Assembly: GCA_020846365.1 (NCBI GenBank)
Contig: JADLEA010000197.1
Location: 9,584 to 73,583 of the forward strand
Direction of reading: 5' to 3'
Source of the DNA: Bacteroidota bacterium
GTDB taxonomy: Bacteria; Bacteroidota; Ignavibacteria; UBA10030; UBA6906
Length of the DNA: 64,000 nucleotides
The notes under the pieces were generated by a model. It saw only the letters and a program-made list of their open reading frames with translations, was not told the DNA's origin and did not search any database. The translations under genes were made by a program, and so were the position numbers. Shown here in pieces: positions 39,199 through 48,612 of this stretch. Positions within the stretch are counted from its first letter, which is position 1; each line of letters opens with the position of its first letter.

Positions 39199-40115
39199 AG
39201 CGCCAGGCATGCATTGTCGTAGGCAGTGCCAACATGGACCTTGTGGTGACCACGGACCGGTTTCCGTTCCCTGGGGAGACCATCATGGGACACACGTTCA
39301 CCGCCATTCCGGGGGGCAAAGGAGCGAACCAGGCGGTGTGTTGCGGCAAACTCGGTGGCAGGGTGGAATTCATGGGGAAGATGGGGAACGACCGGTTCTG
39401 CGACCAGCTCCGGAAGAGCATGAAGCACGATGGGGTAAAGCTCGGGCACGCGCTGACTGACCCCCGGCACTCCACAGGGATCGCCATGATTACCGTGGAC
39501 GCGTCAGGCCAGAATGAGATCGTGGTGATTCCCGGGAGCAACATGGCATTGACTCCGGGCGACATTGACGCGCACCGGTGCGTGTTCGAGCGCGGCGGGG
39601 TCCTCCTGCTCCAGCTTGAAATCCCACTGCGGACCGTCAGCCGGGCCGCGACGCTGGCGAAGCACGAAGGGCTCCGTGTCATCCTGAACCCGGCGCCGGC
39701 GCGGGTTCTTCCGGATTCGCTGTTGCGCTGCGTGGATATCCTCACCCCGAATGAAATTGAGGCGGAGATTCTGACGGGAGTGAAGGTGAACTCGCTTCGG
39801 GCCGCAGAAAAGGTCGCGCGCCTTCTTCTGGGACGCGGTGTTGGCAGCGTGGTGGTCACGCTGGGTGCGAAGGGAAGTCTTCATGTGCAGCACAAGGGCG
39901 CGCGCCTCTATCCGGCAAAACGGGTGCATGCCGTTGACACGACGGCCGCCGGCGACGCATTTAACGGCGCACTCGCCTTTGCGCTCTCGGCAGGTCGGGA
40001 GGTGGAAGAGGCGATACCGTTTGCCAATGACGTCGCCTCGCTCTCCGTCACGCGGTTCGGCGCCCAGTGCTCCATGCCTACGCTTGCGGAAGTCGAGCGT
40101 TTTCGCCGGAAATGA
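39195..40115 (+). CDS. rbsK: Ribokinase
   Basis: VVGSANMDLV, PGGKGANQAV, LLQLEIP, LNPAPA, PNEIEAE, VDTTAAGDAFNG. Confidence 0.92.
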   Translation: MKRQACIVVGSANMDLVVTTDRFPFPGETIMGHTFTAIPGGKGANQAVCCGKLGGRVEFMGKMGNDRFCDQLRKSMKHDGVKLGHALTDPRHSTGIAMITVDASGQNEIVVIPGSNMALTPGDIDAHRCVFERGGVLLLQLEIPLRTVSRAATLAKHEGLRVILNPAPARVLPDSLLRCVDILTPNEIEAEILTGVKVNSLRAAEKVARLLLGRGVGSVVVTLGAKGSLHVQHKGARLYPAKRVHAVDTTAAGDAFNGALAFALSAGREVEEAIPFANDVASLSVTRFGAQCSMPTLAEVERFRRK

Positions 40116-40196
40116 CATACGGGAAAAGGGGCACGATGGTTGTGCCAGGAGGTGTCCGGGCCTCCGCAGTTTTCAACTTTGTGCAGAGAGGGGCAT

Positions 40197-40604
40197 ATGA
40201 AAAGAACTGGTATCTTGAACGCGGGGCTGTCACGACTGGTTGCGGCAATGGGACACACCGATCGGCTCGTCGTCTGCGACAGTGGCCTACCCATTCCACG
40301 ATCCGCTGAGACGATCGATATTGCGCTCACGCGGAACGTCCCGCGTTTTGTCGAAACGCTTTCGGTCATCCTCAGCGAGGCAGTCGTCGAAAGCGTCATC
40401 ATCGCGGACGAAATGAAAGCCGCCAATCACGGGTTGTTTGATGAGCTCTCCGTCATGCTGAAGGGTATCCCGATCCGCAGCGTGCCCCATGAGGAGTTCA
40501 AGCGCATAACAAGAGAAGGCGAAGGGAACACGGCATTTGTGCGCACCGGAGAATCGACCCCTTATGCCAATGTCATCCTGATTGCCGGAGTGGCATTTGA
40601 TTGA
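40197..40604 (+). CDS. rbsD: D-ribose pyranase
   Basis: MKRTGILN, MGHTDRLVVCDSGLPIP, HEEFK, VRTGESTPYANVILIAGVAF. Confidence 0.93.
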   Translation: MKRTGILNAGLSRLVAAMGHTDRLVVCDSGLPIPRSAETIDIALTRNVPRFVETLSVILSEAVVESVIIADEMKAANHGLFDELSVMLKGIPIRSVPHEEFKRITREGEGNTAFVRTGESTPYANVILIAGVAFD

Positions 40605-40699
40605 GCGGCCTGCCGGCGAGGGAGAAACGGGTTGTCCTCCGGTCCCCCTTCCAGAGGGCTTCGCAATTGCTCCTGACGACGAACCAAAGGAATAACGCA

Positions 40700-42145
40700 A
40701 TGACCAGAATGGTGCACACCCTTTCCATCCTCACCCTGCTGGCAGCCAGCATGATGGCCCAAACGCAACCCGGCAAGGGAATGTACGATCAGCTCTTCCG
40801 CCCGCATGATGCTCCTTTGTACAGGGTCCCGATCGGCCTGTGCGAGGATTATCCCGAAGAGACCACCACGATGGCGATAGTCAGGGCCGACATGGAGCTT
40901 CTGAAGAGATCCGGTATCTCTTTGTTGCGCATTTCGTTCGGCTGGGACGGCATCGAGACCGCGCCGGGAGTCTACAACTGGCTCTTCTGGGACGACTATG
41001 TAAAAACCGCTGTGGAGGAGTACGGGATCACCCTGATTCCGTATGTGTGTTACACACCGGCATGGAACTCCACTGGTGACACCTCAAATTTCTGGAACCA
41101 CACCCCCAGGGATTATGAGGCCTTCGGGCGGTTCATGGAGGCGATCGTCACGCGGTACAAGCCATGGATCAAAACATGGGAGTTGTGGAACGAACCAGAC
41201 ATCGACGCGTACTGGTCGGGCACCGCCGGCCATCTGGCACGGCTCACGAAAATCGGTTCTGTCGCCGTGCGCAAAGCAGATCCGACGGCCAAAGTCGTTC
41301 TGGCCGGACTGGCACACCGGACGGAATTCCTGCGAGAGCTCTTTCGCGACCACGGCATCAGTCCCTACGTCGATGTGGTGAACTGCCACTCCTATTTCGA
41401 GACCTGGAGCGGAGACCCCCTGGAAAGAATCCCCGAGTACGTGAATACCATCGCCGGAATCATTGCACAGTACGGCAACCACCAATCGCTCTGGATGGCT
41501 GAGGTCGGGTACAGCACTTTCCGCAGGCCTGACGGTTTTATCTCGGATTCGTATCATGCCACATACGACTACGAACACACGCCCGGGTATCAGGCGGTCG
41601 CCCTCTGGCGAACCGTGTCCCTCCTCCTCGCCACAGAGAAGATTGCCGCCATTGCCTGGTACGAGATCAAAGACCTTCCGCCGGCTGAAAACGTCATCGG
41701 CGACGTCAACAACCGCAATCTGGGAGTCGCAGGCATCAACCACACGGCCAAGCCGGCGGAGAAGGCCCTGACAGCCGTCGACCGGTTCTTCCGGCCTGAG
41801 TACCGATCGCTGGACAAGGAAACGCTTGTGCGGAAGTCCGCGGCTTCCGAAAGCGTTGTTCATGCGTTTTCCTTCAGCGATGGGAGCGTTGCTCTTGTTG
41901 CCTGGTTGAAAACACACATCAAGGGTAAAATGGTGCAGGGAGTCCGGGGGAATCTCAAGGACCTGCGCGAGGAAAAGCTGACGATCGCTTTGCCCTGCCC
42001 CGCTCCGGCTTCCATTACGCGGTACAACGAGCTCGGGCAGAGCATCGGAGCCGTCGAGGGAACGTTCGACCGGGGAACTCTGACGCTCCCGGAGGTCGTC
42101 CTGAAAGGCGGCGAAATCACGATCATACGCACGTCTCCGAAATGA
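40700..42145 (+). CDS. Secreted clan GH-A glycoside hydrolase (GH39/GH5-like)
   Basis: Signal peptide; RISFGWDGIE, WELWNEPD (acid/base), WMAEVGY (nucleophile). Confidence 0.75.
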   Translation: MTRMVHTLSILTLLAASMMAQTQPGKGMYDQLFRPHDAPLYRVPIGLCEDYPEETTTMAIVRADMELLKRSGISLLRISFGWDGIETAPGVYNWLFWDDYVKTAVEEYGITLIPYVCYTPAWNSTGDTSNFWNHTPRDYEAFGRFMEAIVTRYKPWIKTWELWNEPDIDAYWSGTAGHLARLTKIGSVAVRKADPTAKVVLAGLAHRTEFLRELFRDHGISPYVDVVNCHSYFETWSGDPLERIPEYVNTIAGIIAQYGNHQSLWMAEVGYSTFRRPDGFISDSYHATYDYEHTPGYQAVALWRTVSLLLATEKIAAIAWYEIKDLPPAENVIGDVNNRNLGVAGINHTAKPAEKALTAVDRFFRPEYRSLDKETLVRKSAASESVVHAFSFSDGSVALVAWLKTHIKGKMVQGVRGNLKDLREEKLTIALPCPAPASITRYNELGQSIGAVEGTFDRGTLTLPEVVLKGGEITIIRTSPK

Positions 42146-42627
42146 CAATTCCTATGACTCTTCGACCGATACGCGCAACACCGGATTCCGTCTCCCGCTT
42201 CGGAATGCTGGCGGGGGCCCCGGCAGGTGCGCCGACATCGGAGGGGCCGGACTACCGATTCTGGTCCGACATGGCTCACTACGCCATTGAGGGTGAAACG
42301 GAAATTGGCGTGTGCACCGTCTTCCGGCAGCCGGGAAATTCCGTCGGGACGGTAGAACGACATCGTGCGACACCGGAAATCCTCATTCCCATCGACGCCC
42401 CGTTCCTGGTCCCGCTCCTGCTCGAAGGCGAACACCCATCTGCCATGCAGGTCTTCCAGGTGAACCTCGGCGAGGCGATCGTCATCAATCCCGGCGTCTG
42501 GCACGGGGCATGCCTCCCCGCGGAGGGAGACACATCATCGTACTTCGTCATCTTCCGCCGGGGCACGCCACGGATGGATGTGGAGAAGACACAGTTTGAT
42601 CCGGTCGGGATCGCGATTGACCGGTAG
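42142..42627 (+). CDS. Ureidoglycolate-lyase-like cupin protein
   Basis: VERHRATPEILIP and INPGVWHG cupin motifs; ATGA overlap with the upstream gene. Confidence 0.65.
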   Translation: MTIPMTLRPIRATPDSVSRFGMLAGAPAGAPTSEGPDYRFWSDMAHYAIEGETEIGVCTVFRQPGNSVGTVERHRATPEILIPIDAPFLVPLLLEGEHPSAMQVFQVNLGEAIVINPGVWHGACLPAEGDTSSYFVIFRRGTPRMDVEKTQFDPVGIAIDR

Positions 42628-42637
42628 CCAACGATCC

Positions 42638-44302
42638 ATGAAGACGCGCCAACTCCGAACCGAACGCATTGCCGTCACGTACGGTAACAACCCGTTGTCG
42701 ATCGGAGAGATCCGCCTCCGGGAAACCGGCCAGAGTATCGCCAGGAACGCGAGGCAGTCGTTTCTGATCCGTACTCCCGAACGGATTTCCGATCCGACGT
42801 TTCTCACCGAAGTGGTGGCCTTCGAAATTGCGGATGGCTCGATGCGCGCGCGCCTGGAAGACCCGACCGGAGCGTATAGCATTGAACTGGTTTGCGCTCC
42901 CGGGGTGTGCGGCATGGTGTTCACGATGACGGCCAGGGCCCCGGTTCCGATATGGATGGTGGAGTGGAAACTCACGGGTCTGGACTTCGAAGAAGTCATC
43001 CTTCCGGCCCTGGGCGGACAGGCGCTTAAACGGACCATGCCTCCGGAGACGACGCTCAGTTACAAATACCCCTTCTGGTGGAACGCCCAATTCCTGATCG
43101 GTGTGGGAAGCGGAGGCGGGGTGTTGATCTCCACGCGGGATGCAGAGCCGAAGTTCAAGCTCGTGCGCGTACGCAGGGAACAGGACCGCTTCGGCCTGTC
43201 GCTCGGGTTCGAAGCGGACGGTCCTCTTGGCGCGAAGGATCTGACAGCGGAATGGTCTCTGGACGGATATGCGGGTTCATGGAAGGCGGCGGCTGAGCGG
43301 CACAGGGAGTGGATGGAGAAGGCATTTGCACTGACACCGCTTCCATCCCATCCGTCGAATCCTCCGTGGGCTGGAGAGATCAACTTCGTCCTGGAGCTAT
43401 GGGGGATGGCGAAGGATAGGCCCACGCCGCTCCATACGTTCAAGCAGATGGAGGGCCGGATCAAGGCATTCTCGCGGATGCACGACCCGCATGCGACACT
43501 GCTCTATCTTCCTGGCTACGCGGAGCACGGGATAGACTCCCGGGCTCCATCGTACGCCCCCAGCCCCCACCTCGGCGGCGAGAGCGGTTTCGCTTCCCTG
43601 GTAGCTCTTGCTCATGGGCTGGGCTACCGCGTTATGATCCACACGAATGTTCTCTGCATGACGTTTGATCATCCGCTCTTTTCGCAGTTCAGAGAACATC
43701 AGGTGGTGGACGTCTTCGGGAGAGCGCAGGGATGGGGACTGGATATTGACGGAGACTGGTTGCCGGAGCCGTACTTCGCGTACATCAATCCGGGCGTCAA
43801 GGCATGGGGAGATGTTATCGAAGGGGTGCTCGCCGATCTCATCAGGAAGTTTGGCATCGACGGCGTATTTCTTGATCAGACGCTCCTGGCATTTAATCTG
43901 CAGCGGGGACCCAATTTCCAAACGGGCATGCGGGAACACATTCTTCGTCTCCAGCGGGCATTTCCCGGGATTCTCTTTGCAGGTGAGGGATTCCACGAAC
44001 TTGTGGCGGCGGCTCTCCCCATGGCCCAGATCCATGGCATCGACAGCATTGCAGAAGTCCATGGGATGGAAGGGCGGGCAAAGTGGAGAGTCCCGCACCC
44101 GGTGTCCGCGCATGTGTTCGGAAGATACACGAGGTTCACCGCGCACCTTCTCACCCGGCATCCCTCGCATCCGCTCTTCGCCATGCAAGAAGGGGCATAC
44201 GCACGGCTGGGTGTGATACCTGCCTTGTGTCTCTATAATAACACCCAACCGCTTGACACGCCGGCCACCCGCCGGATGATCCGACGTGCTACAACTCTGT
44301 GA
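42638..44302 (+). CDS. Putative TIM-barrel glycoside hydrolase (DUF6259-like), cytoplasmic
   Basis: W..AA..HREW, LGYRVMIHTN, IDGVFLDQT, FAGEG; no signal peptide. Confidence 0.55.
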   Translation: MKTRQLRTERIAVTYGNNPLSIGEIRLRETGQSIARNARQSFLIRTPERISDPTFLTEVVAFEIADGSMRARLEDPTGAYSIELVCAPGVCGMVFTMTARAPVPIWMVEWKLTGLDFEEVILPALGGQALKRTMPPETTLSYKYPFWWNAQFLIGVGSGGGVLISTRDAEPKFKLVRVRREQDRFGLSLGFEADGPLGAKDLTAEWSLDGYAGSWKAAAERHREWMEKAFALTPLPSHPSNPPWAGEINFVLELWGMAKDRPTPLHTFKQMEGRIKAFSRMHDPHATLLYLPGYAEHGIDSRAPSYAPSPHLGGESGFASLVALAHGLGYRVMIHTNVLCMTFDHPLFSQFREHQVVDVFGRAQGWGLDIDGDWLPEPYFAYINPGVKAWGDVIEGVLADLIRKFGIDGVFLDQTLLAFNLQRGPNFQTGMREHILRLQRAFPGILFAGEGFHELVAAALPMAQIHGIDSIAEVHGMEGRAKWRVPHPVSAHVFGRYTRFTAHLLTRHPSHPLFAMQEGAYARLGVIPALCLYNNTQPLDTPATRRMIRRATTL

Positions 44303-44310
44303 GGACAGGT

Positions 44311-45471
44311 ATGGAACGAATCGGGGCAGCCGTCATCGGGACAGGGTTCATCGGGCCGGCCCATCTTGAAGCGCTTCGCCGGATTCCCTGGGTCGACATC
44401 CGCGCCATTGCGTCCAATGAACCGGCGCGGGCACGAGAACTCGCCGATCGGTTGGCCGTGCCAACGGTGTACGACGACTGGCGCGACGTTCTCCGGGACG
44501 CATCCGTGCAGGTCATTCACAACTGCACGCCCAACAATCTCCACTTCGCCATCAACAAGACGGCGATTGCTGCCGGAAAGCATGTGCTCTCCGAGAAGCC
44601 GCTCACGCTGACGTCACGTGAATCGGCGGAGCTCATCGCGCTGGCGAAGCGCGCGGGTATCGTGCATGCGGTGAACTACAACTACCGGTTCTATCCGTTG
44701 ATACAGCACGCGCGCCAGATGGTTCTTGCCGGAGAAACCGGCGATATCAGACTGGTGCACGGGCACTATCTGCAGGACTGGCTCTTCTTTGATACCGACT
44801 ACAACTGGCGGCTGGACCCCGGGATCAGCGGCGCCTCGCGCGCCGTCGCGGACATCGGCTCGCACTGGTGCGATCTCGTGCAATTCATCACCGGCCTACG
44901 CATCACGGCGGTGTGCGCGAACCTCCGCACGGTGTACCCCAAACGCAAGAAGCCCCGCGAGACCAGGGTGACATTTTCCGGGAAAGCTGGCGGCAAGGAC
45001 AGTTCCGTTTCCGTGAGCGTCGAGACTGAAGACACCGGAACGATCATGTTTGAGTTGAGCAATGGCGCCGCCGGCTCCTGTGTTGTATCGCAGGTGAGTG
45101 CCGGCCGGAAAAACCGGGAGTGGTTCGAAATCGACGGCTCCAGGTGCGCGCTTTCCTGGGACCAGGAAGAGCCAAACCAGCTCTGGATCGGAAGAAGGGA
45201 CGGTCCCAACGAAGTGTTGATCAAAGATCCATCGTTGCTTCAGCCCGACGCACGGCGCTACGCGCACTATCCCGGCGGACACCCCGAAGGGTACCCCGAC
45301 GGGTTGAAAAACCTGTTCTTGGACTTCTACACCTATCTTGGAAATCTGGAAGCATCGCGCAAAGAGCCGCCGCCGTTTCCCACCTTCGAGGACGGGCACT
45401 GGGAAAACCTCGTCGTGGAAGCCGTGCTGCGCAGCAACAAGAAACGCGGATGGGTTCGCGTGCAACCCTGA
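44311..45471 (+). CDS. Gfo/Idh/MocA family NAD-dependent oxidoreductase
   Basis: IGTGFIG, CTPNNLH, GKHVLSEKPL, YLQDW, DIGSHW, GHPEGY. Confidence 0.93.
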   Translation: MERIGAAVIGTGFIGPAHLEALRRIPWVDIRAIASNEPARARELADRLAVPTVYDDWRDVLRDASVQVIHNCTPNNLHFAINKTAIAAGKHVLSEKPLTLTSRESAELIALAKRAGIVHAVNYNYRFYPLIQHARQMVLAGETGDIRLVHGHYLQDWLFFDTDYNWRLDPGISGASRAVADIGSHWCDLVQFITGLRITAVCANLRTVYPKRKKPRETRVTFSGKAGGKDSSVSVSVETEDTGTIMFELSNGAAGSCVVSQVSAGRKNREWFEIDGSRCALSWDQEEPNQLWIGRRDGPNEVLIKDPSLLQPDARRYAHYPGGHPEGYPDGLKNLFLDFYTYLGNLEASRKEPPPFPTFEDGHWENLVVEAVLRSNKKRGWVRVQP

Positions 45472-45537
45472 GCGCGTACCGCGTGCTCCTGAAAGCTCGT
45501 ACATCTGATACTGACATTTCGCAGAAGGACTAAGGAC

Positions 45538-46464
45538 ATGAAACTCGGATTTCTCACGGCCTGTGTTCCTCAACTCGGCCTGGCGGACGTCGTGACGTGG
45601 GCATCAGAGCAGAAGTTTCAGGCGATAGAGCTTGCGGCATGGCCGGTCAAGTCCAACCGGGATTTTCAGGCCCGCCAGATCAATGCTGCCCGGTTTTCGC
45701 GCGACGACGCTGCAAGGGCGAAGGAATTGCTGCAACGTCACGGCATAGTCATCTCGGCGATGGCATACTATGACAACAACCTTGATCCGGATCTCAAGAA
45801 GCGCAAGTACTATTTGGAGCACGTGCGTGCCGTGGTCAGAGCCGCGGAGCTCCTCGGCGTCCCGCTCGTCGGCACCTTCGTCGGCGGGCGTCCCGACAAG
45901 TCTCCCGGAGAGAACATGAAGGAAATCGGAAAACTCTTCCGCGAACTGGCGTCATTCGCGGCAGACCACGGTGTCCGGCTCATGATTGAAAACTGTCCCA
46001 TGGACGGCTGGCAGCGATTCGGACTCCCGGGGAACTTCGCTTACAGCCCGGAGCTCTGGGATGCGCTGTTCAGTGAAGTTCCCGCCAAGAATTTCGGACT
46101 CAATTTCGACCCCTCCCATCTCACGTGGCTTGGTATAGACTATATCAGGGCGGCGAGGGAATATGCCTCGAAGATATTCCATATGCACGCAAAGGACACC
46201 GAGTTTTTGCCGGATGGACAATACCGGTACGGCGTGTTCGGGCGGCAGATTGAACCCATCCCATGGCAGTCAGGGATCTGGCGCTACAGGATTCCCGGCA
46301 TGGGCGTCATCGACTGGGGACGTCTGATTGCCACGGTGCAGGAGGGTGGATATGACGGCGTGCTCTCCATTGAGCATGAGGATCCGGTGTGGTCGGGGAG
46401 CGAGGAAAAAGTCAAGAACGGCCTCCTCCTCGGCCGCAAGCACCTGGCGCAATTCATTCTCTGA
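45538..46464 (+). CDS. Sugar-phosphate isomerase/epimerase-like TIM barrel (AP endonuclease 2 fold)
   Basis: Metal-ligand motifs IENCPM, NFDPSHL, FHMHAKD, SIEHED. Confidence 0.88.
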   Translation: MKLGFLTACVPQLGLADVVTWASEQKFQAIELAAWPVKSNRDFQARQINAARFSRDDAARAKELLQRHGIVISAMAYYDNNLDPDLKKRKYYLEHVRAVVRAAELLGVPLVGTFVGGRPDKSPGENMKEIGKLFRELASFAADHGVRLMIENCPMDGWQRFGLPGNFAYSPELWDALFSEVPAKNFGLNFDPSHLTWLGIDYIRAAREYASKIFHMHAKDTEFLPDGQYRYGVFGRQIEPIPWQSGIWRYRIPGMGVIDWGRLIATVQEGGYDGVLSIEHEDPVWSGSEEKVKNGLLLGRKHLAQFIL

Positions 46465-46473
46465 GGCAGCGGC

Positions 46474-48612
46474 ATGCGCTCCCTTCTCGGCGGTGAATAC
46501 ATACCTTTCGGGACCCAATACTACCGGGCACCATCTCCGGCGCCGAGCGAGTGGGAACGCGACCTCGCCACGATTGCCCGGCTGGGTCTGAATACCGTGA
46601 AGTTCTGGATTCAATGGCGATGGAATACCCCCGGTGAGGACGAGTACGAATTCTCCGATATCGACCGGCTCATGGGTATCGCGGATCGCAACGGCCTCCG
46701 GGTGATGCTGAACACCATCGTGGACGTGGCCCCCGTCTGGATCTACCGGAAGTACCCGGATGCATCGATGGTGACGCTGGATGGCCGCAGGATCGGGCCG
46801 CAGGTGCAGCCGCACCGGCAGATCGGAGGGCTCGGACTCTGCTTTAACCATGAGCCGGCCGTAGGCCACATGATGGATTTCCTCCGCACGTCCTTTCGGC
46901 GCTACGCAGATCATCCTGCCCTTGCCATGTGGAATGTGGGGAGTGAGCCCGAGCTGACGAGCAGCATGGCTGAGCTGCGCCTCTACGCCGAAAACGCGGA
47001 ACGGATGGGAGACATGCTCTGCTATTGTCACCGGTGCGCAGCCGCATTCAAGGTCTGGCTTTCGAAGAAATATGCCACCGTCGACGCTCTGAACCGGTCC
47101 TGGAACCGCCGGTACAAGGATTTCGATGAAGTGGAACTCCCCCTGACCCGGAACAGCTTCAACGATATGATCGACTGGCGGATGTTCTTCGTCCACACGT
47201 TGGGGGAGAACGTCCGGCAACGCTTCGCTGCCGCTCAGGAAATCGACAAGGGGAAGCATCCCTTGCTCTGCCATCATGTGTTTGTTCAGGGTTTTCCTGT
47301 CACCTCTACCGCGAGTGATCCCTGGAATGTCGGCCGGTTCGGCGATCTTCATGGCATCACGCAGATGGACGATCCCATGATGTGCGACGTCGTGCGTTCC
47401 TGCGCACAGGGACGGCCCGTCATTTCCGCAGAAATGCTCATGCAGTACGGCTACACGCTGGATCTTCCCCATGCTGCCACATTCGACGATGTAAAACGCT
47501 TTGTCTTCACAGGAGTCGGAGCGAATCTAAAGGGGTTCATCTTCTGGCAATACCGTCCCGAAACTCTTGCGCGGGAAGCCCCGGCATGGGGATTGACCCA
47601 TCTGGACGGTTCCGAGACGCCGATGTTGAAGGGGTTTTGCGAGGTCAACAAGGTGTTGCAGCGAAATGCCGGGTTCCTCCTGGATGCATCACCGCGGCCG
47701 GCCGAAGTCGCGCTCCTCTACCATCCGGAGAACCAGATCTTCGGGTGGATCGCCACGGGAAACGAGAAATTCGTCACAGACTCTCTCATGGGGGCACACA
47801 GCGCCTGGTACACGGACAATTTCGGGGTGGATTTTCTCCATCCCGGCGAGATCTCCGCGGGCCTCCTGAAACGGTACAAGGTGATCGCCCTTCCCTTCCC
47901 CTACGTCCTTGGCGCGTCTCTCTGTGTGACGCTCTCCGACTGGGTGGCGGAGGGCGGGGTGTTGATCGCCGAGGCATACTGTGGCGGATGGGATATGGAG
48001 AATGGAAGGCATCACATCACGATACCGGGGTACGGACTGCACAGCGTGTTCAAGGTCCGGCAGCATACGGCTCTTCCGCCCGATCATCATGGCCGGGTGG
48101 AGATTGCTCTGACGTCGGATCTCCCGGGTCTCCCGCGCGGAACAACCCTGACCGGGTCACTCGTGCGCGAGAGCTACATTCTGGAAGGTGCGGAGGCCAT
48201 CGCCGCATATCCCGATGGAGCACCGGCGATCACCCACGCAGAACATGGAAAGGGGCATGCTTTCGCGATTGGTTCCTACATCGCACGCCCCGTCTTCCGC
48301 GACAAACACACCGCCAATGCAGCGCTGCTGGCCGCGCTTGCCGGCTGGAAGACCTCCATATCCCGGCCCCGGGTCACCGGCGATGGAAAGGTGCGAGTCG
48401 ACATATTGACCGATGCCCGGGGCGCCGCGATGATCATCATCAGAAATCTGGAGGTGGCTGCCGTTCGGGCACAGACTACTTTGCCGGGTCTGCGTCCGGG
48501 AAGAATGACCGAGCAGTTTTCCGGTGCCACCGTCGAAGCGACACACGCCGGCGGCGAGACCGTAATGCCGCTGAACCTGGCCCCGGGAGAGGTGCAGGTG
48601 TTCTGTGGCTGA
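46474..48612 (+). CDS. GH42-like (beta-galactosidase family) glycoside hydrolase, cytoplasmic
   Basis: GTQYYRAP...WERDL, CYCHRC, LNRSWN, DWRMF, FWQYRPE, C-terminal trimerisation-type domain. Confidence 0.78.
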   Translation: MRSLLGGEYIPFGTQYYRAPSPAPSEWERDLATIARLGLNTVKFWIQWRWNTPGEDEYEFSDIDRLMGIADRNGLRVMLNTIVDVAPVWIYRKYPDASMVTLDGRRIGPQVQPHRQIGGLGLCFNHEPAVGHMMDFLRTSFRRYADHPALAMWNVGSEPELTSSMAELRLYAENAERMGDMLCYCHRCAAAFKVWLSKKYATVDALNRSWNRRYKDFDEVELPLTRNSFNDMIDWRMFFVHTLGENVRQRFAAAQEIDKGKHPLLCHHVFVQGFPVTSTASDPWNVGRFGDLHGITQMDDPMMCDVVRSCAQGRPVISAEMLMQYGYTLDLPHAATFDDVKRFVFTGVGANLKGFIFWQYRPETLAREAPAWGLTHLDGSETPMLKGFCEVNKVLQRNAGFLLDASPRPAEVALLYHPENQIFGWIATGNEKFVTDSLMGAHSAWYTDNFGVDFLHPGEISAGLLKRYKVIALPFPYVLGASLCVTLSDWVAEGGVLIAEAYCGGWDMENGRHHITIPGYGLHSVFKVRQHTALPPDHHGRVEIALTSDLPGLPRGTTLTGSLVRESYILEGAEAIAAYPDGAPAITHAEHGKGHAFAIGSYIARPVFRDKHTANAALLAALAGWKTSISRPRVTGDGKVRVDILTDARGAAMIIIRNLEVAAVRAQTTLPGLRPGRMTEQFSGATVEATHAGGETVMPLNLAPGEVQVFCG

